From Parasitella parasitica NRRL 2501 (lineage: Eukaryota; Fungi; Mucoromycota): 64,000 nucleotides of DNA. The notes beneath the pieces are model-generated. The model was not told the DNA's origin and searched no databases. It worked only from the letters and a program-made list of their open reading frames with translations. Positions 14,169-26,546 of the stretch are shown here, in pieces. Position 1 is the stretch's first letter. Every line of letters starts with the position of its first letter. The stretch covers positions 124,001 to 188,000 of the forward strand of contig MU619249.1 of NCBI GenBank assembly GCA_025201805.1, written 5' to 3'. A program made the position numbers and the translations under genes.

Positions 14169-15313
14169 ATGTCGCAAAACAGCCATCGTCCGTATAAAGC
14201 TGACCCATATAGAGCGGTAAGAAAACCTTCCAGTCCAGGTAAGAACGCTCTGCAACAGCAAAGCCTGATACCAATCCTAACATCCACACACATCACATAT
14301 CAGATGGCTACTACGATAGCCCTACAAGTGCTGCTTCTGATCAATTTCACTCGAGATCGCCCTCTGAAAGCAGCACCTCAAAGCTGTCAAATGCAATAAC
14401 AGCCACGATGAACCAAGATCCATATTCACCCAAATCACACATCAAAAAGAAAAAGTACAAGCCCGAATCCCCGGCAGTGGACGGGGAAAAGAGAGCCAAT
14501 TCATACCTGCCCTACTCAAACCACAGCCGAAACCCATATGACCCAGTGGAGCCCATCTATCTGGATCGAGACAACGACTATTTGCCCAGCTTTAATTCAC
14601 CAGGCCAATATCAGCAGCATGCGTCACATCAGCCAGTAGGGTCTATTTTGCAAGATAACATTATCATGGACATGATGGGCGACCACCACAATGTAAACGA
14701 CGATGCTTACGAAACAAAACCACATTTAGAGCAGATACTACCTCCTATCAAAAAGAAAAAATGGTGGACAAAATATGGGCTTAGCAGTAGGAAGCTGGTG
14801 GTTATAGCGTTTGTGTTTATCATTATTGTTGGCGTCCTAACGTATTTTGTGTGGCCAAGGACACCCACACTACAGTTCCTCGACGCCACTTTGGAAAACG
14901 GCACACAACCCACCTACAATGACACAATACTAGTCGCTAATTGGAATGTGAGCTTTACAGTGTACAACAACGACAATTTCATACCTACCAATATACAGAA
15001 CCTTGCAGTGAGTGTGATTGAAAACGGCTCAGGCGATATATTTGGCAGAGGAAATTCAGGACATTTAATGCTGAGGCCAAAATCTCAAGATCAAGTTATC
15101 AATTTACCAATCTCTATTGATTTTCACAGAGATGCGACGAATCAAGCGATCAAAACGTTAATCAATGCCTGCAAGATCAAGGAGGTGGATTCAGCGAATG
15201 CTCCCAAACAGAGCTTGAGTATCACCTTTGAAATTGTGTATTATATCGCTGGCATTGCCTGGCATCCTGTAGCAAGAGTGTCTCCTACTACTTATTTTGA
15301 TTGCCCTTCTTGA
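14169..15313 (+). CDS. Single-pass membrane protein with disordered N-terminus and LEA_2-like beta-rich C-terminal domain
   Basis: One intron (~14239-14303). TM segment LVVIAFVFIIIVGVLTYFVWPRTP followed by ..NVSFTVYNNDNFIP..C...C, the pattern of fungal LEA_2-like membrane proteins. Confidence 0.65.
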
Positions 15314-16439
15314 ATAAATCACACCACATGTACGGTTGCATTAATGAGACGGCTCGTTTTCCATATGTGTGCAATTAAAACGTATATTGTAAGGAATATG
15401 CTACAACTTGCTGGGAGAAGTAGCAAGGCAAACGAATTATATACGTTGACAACATTTTTAATATAGCTATTGTGTGCGTCATATACCAGCCATTAGATCT
15501 AAAAGATGGCTAATAACTTGAGTGATCGAGACCACATTTTCTGCAAAATTTAAAAACCATATATGATTTAAAAAAAACAAAATTCTTGTTGGTATCAACA
15601 TTATTTTGAAAAATCTGTACGCTTTATTGTAATATAGAAACAATGTGTTTATATTTTAGGCGATGAAATTGTTTGATTTTTTCATACATCTGTTAGTTGA
15701 CGGTGCATAATGTCTATTAGTGTTACAACCATCAATGTTACATTATGCTCAATTTTTTCAAAAAATTGCGAATAGATTTTACGTTGTTTTTTTTAGATTA
15801 ATCTTGTTTACATATATATAAAAACATCCTTTCCTCATCCTTCCGCTAAATCAGAAATTATTGCCGACTATTGCACATACAATTTGCCACATAAGGATAA
15901 AAAAAAACCAAAGAAGCAAACCTGACCAGCTAAAAAATGTCATTGATATCTCTGATTAGAACAAAATTGTCTGCAGATGCTGAAAGAATTGTTTTCAACT
16001 TTATGGATGTTAAATTTTGAAATATAGATTTGACAGTTTTAATTTCAAATTTTCAAATATGGCACTGATCTGATTAGATAAAACGTTACGATAAACTGGT
16101 CTTGATCTCTAGGCTATCGATACATTTTCACCACAACGTCAATTGTTCTGTGATATAATATATATTTTGCAAGCATAAACAGATGATTTCATATATTATA
16201 TCCTTGGTACAAAGCCGTATTTCAGATTTTAAAAACTGGACAATTACGAAATGTCATTCTAGAGTGGTACAAAATATACCTTGAAAAAGATACCATTTGC
16301 TGCCGTCAGCTGAAAGAAAAAGCTTGCAGTTACACGAAATGGCCTTTGATTATAGTGATCCATGCCGTCTTGGATCAGATTGGTTGCAAGATAATAATGG
16401 CTTGCATTTTGACTGGTTAATGAAATCAGGCTTTTTTTT

Positions 16440-16504
16440 NNNNNNNNNNNNNNNNNNNNNNNNNNNNNNNNNNNNNNNNNNNNNNNNNNNNNNNNNNNNN
16501 NNNN
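16440..16504. other. Assembly gap (N run)
   Basis: 65 Ns following a poly-T run. Confidence 0.99.
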
Positions 16505-16593
16505 TATATAAGGGTTTGTTTTTCATTCCCTTTCTCTTTCTGTTTCTCTTTCTGTTTCTCCTTTTTTCTTTTAAATTATCAGCAACCAAAAAA

Positions 16594-18206
16594 ATGATCA
16601 ATGCGTTTGGAAAAAGTATCGATCTAAAGATCAATGTTCAGTCTGATGAGATTGTCTTTTTGGGCCATGCAAATGAAGCTGCAGGAAAAATGCTCCAAGG
16701 GTCTTTAATTTTAAATGTCTCGGAGCCTATCAAAGTGAAATCAGTGAACCTGTCATTTGTGGGCAAAATGAAGGTGTCATGGTCAGAAGGTAAAGATCAT
16801 TATGGATTTGAATTCTCCAATCCAGTAGCTCAAACGTTTACATAGGCGTTGGACATCATCAGCACTTTCACAAGCAAGAGCGCACTATCTTATCTCACGC
16901 ATGGGAGTTTGTTAGGCCCCAACTGATCTCTAGAGCGTCAAACAGCAGCCATTCCTCGCAAACCCCACACAAAAAAAGCACTGTGCTAGCGGCAGGGCAG
17001 CACAAATGGGATTTTGAACTTTTATTGCCAGGCAACTTGGCACAAACATTAGATTCTGATGTCGGAAGTGTAAGCTATCGCCTCAAAGCCACCATTGATC
17101 GCTCAGCATTCATTCAAAATACGGTCAAAAAGCGGGATATTCGTATTGTTAGATGCATCCTACCATCCCAATTCGAACTTGTGCAGTCGTTGGAGATCCA
17201 CAATACGTGGGCACAGAAAATGGTGTACGATATCAGTGTCCCATCCAAATTGTATGCATTCAATGACACAATCCCCATCTCGTTCAAGATTCTGCCCATA
17301 GCGTCGCATCTGAGAGTTCATGCAATCATGGCATCTATCAAAGAGTACTGTACATACACGGCAAACGGCCATACAAAGACAGATACTCGCATCGTGCGCT
17401 TGATCAGAGTCGATCACCCGTTCTCCGAAGCCGTGTCAACTACCACGTCTCCGCCTACATGGGATCGTGTGCTGGATCTGCCAGTTCCGTCAAAGTCCCC
17501 CATCATATTTGCAGACGCTGAGATTGACATGATCCGTATTCGACATCGACTTAAATTTGTTATTTCGTTGGCTAATGCAGATGGTCATATTTCTGAGCTT
17601 CGTTGTGCCGTTCAAATCATTGTAGTAGAATCGTTCGCTGTGACAGAAGAGTTGACAACATTGCCCACGTACGATGAATCATGGCGATCTGTGCCCTACG
17701 ATTCTCATGTGGTAGAGCAGCTTCGTACTAGAACGTCCATTTCAGAAGCAGGCACAAACGAGCCCATTTTGACAGGTGCTTCGCTCTCATCTACTCGAGA
17801 ATTGCAGGACTCAAGACAGCCAGTTAGCATCACAGGATGGTCTCGCATGTTGTCTTTATCTTCAGCTGTTGCTGTGCCAGATAGAATCAGCGAAGAAGTA
17901 GAGGAAAGATCTTCTTCTGAAATGACGTCTTCATCAAGGCCAATGACGATTCCTGGCTCCAATAATGGCAGCCGCCATCATTCAAGGAGGCCCTCAATAG
18001 AGCTGGAAGAAAGTAGTGATCTGATGCCAGAAAATTCTTCGTTAACTGGTAGACCGTTATGGTGGAATGGCGTTGATTTGGGGAAAGTGCCCTCTTACCG
18101 TAGCGTATCGACCTTGAATCAAGACTTGTTCTCGGCCTCCTTACCGCCTGCTTACGATACCTTGGCAGCAGCATTTGAAAACAACGCATCCCCTCATAGA
18201 CATTAA
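16594..18206 (+). CDS. Alpha-arrestin / arrestin-related trafficking adaptor (Rod1/CreD-like)
   Basis: Arrestin-N (LQGSLILNVSEPIKVKSVNLSFVG..VSW), VSYRLKA, HNTWAQKMVY, IRIRHRLKFVISLANADGHISELR. PY motifs LPTY, VPSY, PPAY. One intron. Confidence 0.9.
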
Positions 18207-18781
18207 TCATCCTATACTTTATACGACATTTTACTTTTTAACATTATATATCCATTTTCTTTTTCTTCAATAATTTTCTTGCATTCTTTAAATTGTATAA
18301 GCATGTTTTTATTCTTTATAATAATTAAATTTTATCATCATTCTCATCTAAATTGCACTTTGTCTTATATTGTACATTTTAAAACCATAACTGTTACAGA
18401 TGTATATACTTTGGTCTTTCTCCATGCAACATAGTTTATAATGCATAATGTAAGATATGTCCTACCGTGCAAAGAGCTGAACACGATCAAATTTCAAATA
18501 TGTTTTCATTTAAATCAATGGTACAATTACTGTAAGGCATGTCTGAGTGATCTTCTCCTCTACAGGAACAACGTATAATACCTATTTTAAAAGTGAATCG
18601 ATGAAAATCCCATTGAAGTTACAGTAACTTATGAACGTACTCTCTCCAGCCAGTGTTTTTTTGGTCTATAACCTTGAGACTGCAGAATTACCACCGCCTA
18701 ATCAATCATTTGACGAAATCGCCATTCAGCTTGAGATTTACCAGTCGCACTGTAGCTTCTCTCGATAAAACAAATAAAACT

Positions 18782-20414
18782 ATGGCTAATCGATCAGTTG
18801 CAATACTAGGTGGAGGTATATCTGGTCTTTCAGCCGCCTACTATCTCTCTAAATATTCTCCCAAGACCAAAATTTTGCTTGTGGAAGGGTCGAAACGAGT
18901 TGGAGGATGGATAAGAAGCCAAAGAGTATCGCCTGGCTTTCACGCTTCAATACCCTCAGCAAAAGCAGGTACTGACAGCGTTTTATTCGAAGTAGGACCT
19001 AGAAGTCTACGGCCTGTGGGTGCTGGAGGGGCAGCTATACTAGGCATGGTAAGTATGCAGAACAATAAATGCAGACAGTATAGTGTCAATACTAAAATAC
19101 ATACAGGCCAGCGACTTGCAGTTACAAAATGAAATGCTTTTTGTTAGTAAATCTGACCCATCAGCAAAAAATCGATACATTTATTATAACAACGAAATCA
19201 ATACACTGCCAAACTCATTGCCCTCCTTGTTACTCAGGCAACCTCCCATTTTCAAGAGTGTCATTAGGTCCATTTTATCCGAGCCTTTCGTCGATAAGGG
19301 TTCAGGCCAAGATGAATCACTGTATTCTTTTGTTTCCCGTCGATTTAGTGACCATGTTGCGTTAAACTTGGTGAGTGCGATTACACACGGTATCTATGCG
19401 GGTGACTCTAAACAGCTCTCGGTCAAATCCACAATGCGCATGCTGTATGATGCCGAGAGAACAAGTGGTAGTGTGGTTAAAGGATTGCTATCATCAAAAC
19501 CCTCGAGGCCGGTTCCAAAAACAGAGCAAGATATCGTTGATGAACTCGTTGACCCAGACATCACAAAAACCACCAGCGTTTTTGGATTTCAGAACGGGAC
19601 AGAGACTTTATCCATCGGGCTGAAGCGCTGGCTTCAACAACAGCCCAATGTTACAATTATCACAGATAAGCAGATTAGGAAAATCGACAAGACTGTAGAT
19701 GGTAATGGCGTTAAGATGTACTCTGACCAAGTTTCTGTCACTGTCGACCATATTATCTCGGCAATTCCATCGAAGAAGCTGGATCCTTTGTTGACAAAAC
19801 AAAACTCATTGGTCAATTTGAGTGCGAACCCCTCTGTGAACGTAGCCGTTGTGAACTTTGCTTTTGAAGAGGGTGTGGATTTGAAATACGATGGATTTGG
19901 ATTCTTGACTCCACATCCAGATTCACCATACAAATTGCCTGTGCCTGGCACTTTGGGCGTGGTGTTTGATTCCAATGCAATGAGTGGTCAGGAAAACAAA
20001 CAAAATAGCAGATTGGTTAAAATGACAGTAATGATGGGAGGGCACATGTGGAACACAACGTTTGGAGGTGCTCTGCCAAGTGAATTGGACCCTCAAATTG
20101 CTTTTGAAAAAGCTAGCAAAGCGCTGAACTTGTATCTTGGTATCACGGATAAACCGAAATTTAGTATGGTCAATGTATTGGAAGAATGCATTCCACAATA
20201 TACAGTGGGTCATGAACTTAGATTAGGCGAGCTGCATCAAGATATCAAACACAAGTATAATCATCTATTAAGTGTAACAGGAGCAAGCTATTTAGGTGTA
20301 AGTGTGCCTGATTGCGTAAAAAACAGTAGATTATTAGTCCAAGACTTGTTAGATAAAGGTGCACTAGGCTCTAAAGAACATGTAATCACTGGTTTGAACA
20401 CAATTGCTTCGTAG
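18782..20414 (+). CDS. HEM14: Protoporphyrinogen oxidase
   Basis: FAD-binding VAILGGGISGLSAAYYL, RVGGWI, FEVGPRSLRP, HGIYAGD, GFGFL, IPQYTVGH, GASYLGVSVPDC. One intron. Confidence 0.95.
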
Positions 20415-21223
20415 AAAATAAATTTTTCTCTGACATTTATAATTTAATGAACAACTGTAATATTGTGCAACTGACTCTTGGATTCTGACATTTCTTTTAG
20501 AATCCACTAAATGTCTATATAATTATTGCCTTTCCTCTTATAAACATCTTTTTCTTTTCTTCATATTTTCTTTTCGCCAGATTGTGCGCAAGTATTTCGG
20601 AAACTTCAAATCTCTCACAGTGAACACGTTGTGTTTGATGTTGTAATCATGTATACTTTGCAACTATACAGAGACAACATACACCCATTTTATTCGAGTC
20701 ATGTTCTCTTTTAATTACTCGTCAAATCGAAATGACAATTATACGTTAATCCAGCACTTGGTGGCTATATATTGAATACTCGGATACGCTAACAGCAGAC
20801 ATCCTTGTTTACACAGTGATATATTTACTTGCATTCAACAAAACATTTGGCGTAACCAATGGCGCTTCGCTTCGTTTTCCCACATTAATATACTCGAAAC
20901 AAACAACATTTTGTTTTCTTCTTTTATTTCGAGCTTTATATGTAGAATATCAAACAATCAAAACTATATATATGTAAAAATACAATGAAACAACTATGCG
21001 GATAATGAGATAGCAACTGCAAAAACAATGAAAACTGCTCCAACTGATCATCCCAGGTAACAATACTGCATATAGACTAAAAACTGTTGTTATTCAATTA
21101 ATGCGCCTTAATGAGCAATTATAGTGCACCGTATATGAGAATCAGTGTATATATACTTGGAAATGCCTTGATATTCTACTCTTTATCCTTTCCTTTCCTT
21201 TCCTTTTACTTTCCTTTCCTTGA

Positions 21224-22141
21224 ATGAAACCTGCCACTGAAGACTATCAATTATTGCCCAAATATCGTTCTCGTCATAGCGCGGAAGATGATGAAGAATA
21301 CCATCTCAGCAGTGATGAATTATCCGTCGCAGTAGAAGAAAAAGAGAGAATCCCTCATCGAACACATTTAAAAGGTGTAAAAGAGCATGTTGAGGAGCAC
21401 TTTGATCGTCCAGAACTCGTTCGTGATTGCATCTTGGGTTTGTCTGATGGCCTGACTGTTCCATTTGCTCTTGCCGCTGGTCTCTCGAGCTTAGGTGATA
21501 GCCGTATTGTCATATACGGAGGCATAGCAGAGCTGGTCTCTGGTGCCATTTCAATGGGTCTAGGTGGCTATTTGGCCGCAAAATCTGAAGCAGACCATTA
21601 TCATACAGAGCGTGAACGAGAGGCAAGAGAAGTTGAGTTATACCCAGAAGAAGAGGAGGAAGAAATCATCGAGTTGTTTGAGCCCTATGGCTTAGACCGC
21701 GAATCTATGGAGCCCATGATGGTGCGATTCAGACAAAATTCAGAGAAATTTGTTGATTTTATGATGAGGTTTGAATTGAATCTCGAATTGCCTGACCCTA
21801 ATCGAAGCTGGGTAAGCTAAATTTACAGATTAAAAAGAGACTAAATACTAATAACACTGAAGATCTCTGCTCTGACCATTGGTTTATCCTACCTACTTGG
21901 TGGTTTTATTCCCTTACTGCCTTATATGTTTATTCTGGATACTACAGAGGCGTTATACACATCCTGCTTCGTAACTGGGCTAACATTGTTCTGCTTTGGT
22001 TATTTAAAGAGCATATATCTGCGACCAAAACAAGCACTTATTGGGGCAATCCAGACATTAGCTATTGGTGCTGTAGCAGCTGCATTTAGTTATGGCATTG
22101 TGGCATTGTTCAACAACAATGAGGTGTCTCAAAAAGCTTAA
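21224..22141 (+). CDS. CCC1: VIT1/CCC1 vacuolar iron/manganese transporter
   Basis: RDCILGLSDGLTVPFALAAGLSSLG, GAISMGLGGYLAAKSE, FMMRFEL, GGFIPLLPY. One intron. Confidence 0.93.
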
Positions 22142-22450
22142 TTAGATATTTTTCCACTGTCTGTAAATATATAAATCATATAGTTGCTATGACAACTCAA
22201 AACTTTTTGATTTGCCATTTTCATCTTTCATCTGTCATCTTTTTCTGTATTTGACATGATGCCATGCTCAATGACAACAGGTTCTAAAAAAAACTCTTGG
22301 CAATACGCTAAAAAATTTGCAATCAAGTGGATTGGCGGTGATTCGGCCAGTGTAACTTGATGGCAATTATCATCCAGATAAATTAAGCTTTTAAATTCAT
22401 GTATTATAACCCCCCCCCTTTCTTCTTGAATAATTTATTATTTACTTTTT

Positions 22451-22481
<31 letters not shown>

Positions 22482-22491
22482 NNNNNNNNNN
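22482..22491. other. Assembly gap (N run) after poly-T
   Basis: 10 Ns immediately upstream of the next ATG. Confidence 0.99.
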
Positions 22492-22495
22492 TTAC

Positions 22496-24084
22496 ATGCC
22501 ATTAATATTCGTTGTCATACTAATAGGCCTAATATACGTCCAGCTTGCTACATGTCTATATTGTGTTAAACATCAATCAATTCAAGGTGGATACAGTTCA
22601 TTAGATACCTGCAGAATAAACAAAAATCGTCCCATATCAGCAGCAGCCGCTTTATCGAGTGAGGTCGATACAACATCACAAAAGAACAAGCTTACATTTG
22701 ACTTGATATGCAAAGCGAGTTCATCTGATTGTCAGGGTGTAAGTGCAACATTGGCCAAGGCAACAGAGATCATCTCGTCCGCATTCGAGTTTGAGACACC
22801 CTTGATTATCAATGCGTCCTATGTCAGTTTTTGTCAAGAGTATCAAGATTGCCATTACGATCGCAAATACGCTTCTATTGGACAGGCATTTCCATCCATA
22901 TCCTATGTTATGGTTGATAATACGGACGGCATGACTAGATTGTATCCACAGCCACTGCTTAAGCAGTTTACAGGCTTGAGCGTAAAACCAACATGGACAC
23001 AATACGACATTGAAGCGCAATTTAATAACGAAATTAGCTGGTATTTTGTTGTAAGTAAATGGTGTTTGCTCTTTTTTTCTTCTTTTGTGTATTCCTAACT
23101 TGCACGTAGAATGGCTCAGATCCCATCCAAAGTGACCAAACTGATTTTTTACGGAATGTGATCCATGAATTAATTCATGGCCTTGGCTTTATGACTTCTT
23201 GGAACGACGATTTCTACGATAGTTTAGCGCCTTTGTTTGACACTGAGAAATTAGATTATTTTATTACGCCAGCACTACTAGCTCAAACCGACCAGCAGCA
23301 GCTCATGTCAAGCTACAACGCAAACCAGCCGTTTTGGGGATTTGTCGAGTTTCCGTTTGATAAATATATATACTACACCAACTCCAACAGCAACGGTGAT
23401 AATGATGGTGCGAAATACATGCCATTTACAGCCAACACAAGGCAGTTGAACAACTTTAGCAGTTCAAACACAACATTTAGAAACATGGTAGATTTAGCAA
23501 ACGCATGGTACGGTTCGGATGAATACAAACTATCGAAACAACTGTACACAAAGACCGTGACCCCACTAGATGTCTTGGCAGTAATTGATAACGAACCGCT
23601 GATTTTCCTTGAAACTTCAGTAACCCCATTCTCCTCTGGCTCATCTCTGTGTCACGTCGATCAGTCCCAGTATTTGAATTCGACCGAGTATCTGATGGTT
23701 TATTTAGCGAACTCAGGGATAGATATTACCCGGCTTGACCAGCTGTTTCCTCAGGGCCCAATTGGCCCTAAATTGCTAAAAATTATGGCAACGCTGGGCT
23801 ATAGACTTGAAAATAACACCAGCGTTAGTACAGCTAGACCATCACTAAGTTATTGGAGTCCGCCGAAGGGCCTTGTAAACACAGGATCCAATCCATCTCC
23901 TTCTATATCCATCGATACAGCCGGTCCTGCTCGAATGCCAACATCTTCTGCATCGATATCAAACGCCAAATCAACTTCTACGGACCGGTCGGCATCTAAA
24001 GCGTCAACTGTATCCGTGGCACAGCGACAATATTGGGATTTACTCTCATTTTGTATCATTATTGCTCTGGCAGTGCATGTATAA
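22496..24084 (+). CDS. Secreted/GPI-type putative zinc metalloprotease (HExxH), uncharacterised family
   Basis: Signal peptide; YDIEAQFN..WYF; TDFLRNVIHELIHGLGF; GSSLCHVD...YLMVY; Ser/Thr-rich stalk and hydrophobic C-terminus. One intron. Confidence 0.72.
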
Positions 24085-24284
24085 TTATACCTCTTTTATA
24101 TATATTTAGACATGCCATGATTTTATTTCTTGTACATTTTAATCACGAAACACCTTTTTTTTTTTTCTTTTTTTTTTTTGCGAGCTGTATCACCTAAACC
24201 TGTAACAAACATTATGCAACTGCCATAAAATAATAATTGATCGCTTTTTTCATTTTAATTGTATTATAAAAAAAAAAAGGATAT

Positions 24285-26239
24285 ATGCGCGTCTTAGTAA
24301 CTGCTCTGCTATTTCTTGGCTGCGTCTACTCGTTCAATACATCGCAACTTTACAGGGAGTTTGACAATGATCGCATTTTACGCGTCATTGATCTAACTTC
24401 GAGTGTTGTCAAGGAGGATATTGCTATAAGAGCAAATTACTTGGGCGCTAGTCCAACTCAAGTGTATCATTTTGTCTTGACTTCTGTGCTCCATGACGAT
24501 GTTAGTTCACTGGAAGCATTTCTCAAGCATAAAACAAAAGACGCACTGAAGATGGAGTTTGCTGGCTTTGATCAAGAACAGTGAGCATGTTTTCTTTTAG
24601 ACAATTAAATGTCGACATATGGCCATTAACGCTGTATGAATAATAGGCAACTTTACGTTTACAAGATACACTTGCTAGAGCCAATTGATCATAATGGTCA
24701 AGTCAAACTGGGCATAAAGTTGACTTATACCCATCAGATTCGTCCATTACCGGCGCAGATCCCTCAAATCTCAAAGCAGCATGTCACCTATTCAAACAAT
24801 ATTTTCATGCTATCCCCCTACCATACTACCGATATCAAGACCACGTTTACGTAAGTTGTGTTGCCTTGCATCTATCTAATCTCATACTTCCGTAAACAAA
24901 CACAGGCTTCCTACAACAAATGTCGTCAACTTCAAAGGAGGAGAACCGCACTATCGAGGGGAGCATACAAAAAACAGCATTGTTTACGGTCCTTTCAATG
25001 ATCTTCCGCCTTTGTTTGCCAGTGCATGCAGCATCCATTACGAATATCAAAGCCCAATGATAACCATAACCAACTTGAAAAGACGTGTCCAAGTCTCTCA
25101 TTGGGGAGGCAAATTATCTATGCTAGAAGACTACGCCATTCGACATGATGGTGCTAGGTATGCAGGAATAGTTTTGCATCACACAAATGTCTAACAACCC
25201 TCTTGAACTCTTGAAAAAAGGCTGGATAAAGAATTTAGTCGATTACAGTACCAAATGTCGTCGCACGTATTGCACCAAACTAATGTCCTCACAAACCTGG
25301 TATTCGACTTACCAGTTTCTGCAACAGGCGCATATTTTCGTGACGAAGTGGGCAATGTATCAACATCAAACTTCAGAAGTGAAAAGACGAAAACCGTCAT
25401 GGAGATTGCACCTCGCTTCCCTTTGTTTGGCGGTTGGGGAACCACGTTCTATCTAGGCTATGATGCACCTCTCGAGGATTTCTTACGTTTCGTACAGGGG
25501 AAATACATGCTCAAGTTAGACTTTTTGAATAATGTCAAAGAAATGACAATTGATCAAGTGGAATTGATGCTAGTTTTACCTGAAGGAGCAAGGCAAGTAC
25601 TCGATGACATGCAAACTACGTGATAGCAGATTTGTTGAATTAACCGTGCATCTGTATAGTGATATTGAAGTTATTCCACCATCCACGTTTGAAATGGACT
25701 CAATCGAACATAAAATACATTACACCTATTTTGATTCAACAGGCCGCCCTGCTATTGTATTCTCCAAAAAGAACGTAGTCTCTCAGCATGAGCAGCCTAT
25801 ACTTGTAAGTTACATTTGTGCGTATATCCTTGCCATGCTTAATACGGACAAAGCATAGATTTCATACCGGTACTCGACGATTAAACTTCTGCAGAAGCCG
25901 ATCGTCGCCTCCATTGCTTTCTTTATCATGTATTTGTTAAACATCGTAGCATCCAAAATCCCTTGGAAAATAGGCTACGAGGAAAAGGATATTGCTGTCA
26001 TGAAAATGCATGAGCACGAACCCATTGTGTTCATCAAAAAGCCAGCTTCCACACAAAAAAGAGACAGCACGCTTGTATCTCGCGAATCAAGCCCACTTGC
26101 TGCATTTGTGGATGAGGATGCTATCGCAGCTAATACAAGAGCAAGGAAACCGCATGTCAATGCCGTTTTACTTGAGGGAACAAGCACTAAAAAGAAGAAG
26201 TCTGCCTCGGTACGTGATGCATATGCAAAAAATCTATAA
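24285..26239 (+). CDS. Oligosaccharyltransferase subunit ribophorin I (Ost1-like)
   Basis: Signal peptide, RVIDL, PLPAQIPQ, SPYHT, YGPF, VSHWGG, YFRDEVGNVSTSNFR, PRFPLFGGW, LPEGA, YTYFDSTGRP, TM after LLQKP. About 6 exons. Confidence 0.92.
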
Positions 26240-26546
26240 TGTTGAAAGTCTAATACAATTTTCTTCTAAAGAAAAAATCTGGCAAAAAGTTGTCTGCAAA
26301 GAAGGGAGACTAACAACTGACTTGATCTGTGCGAATGTTGCAGTTTATCAGATCATGATACATTGATATCTATGTAAAGCCATGATCTTATCCATATTTG
26401 CTTTAAGTAATAAAGAAAATATGCACGCCGAATATTCATGTTTATAGAAGGAGAGGGTAAAGAACTATTTACTGGAATAATAATGCAAACCAAAAGGACC
26501 GTGAGGAGGGAGAGGAGGATAATAATTACAATTTTTTTTTTCTTTA

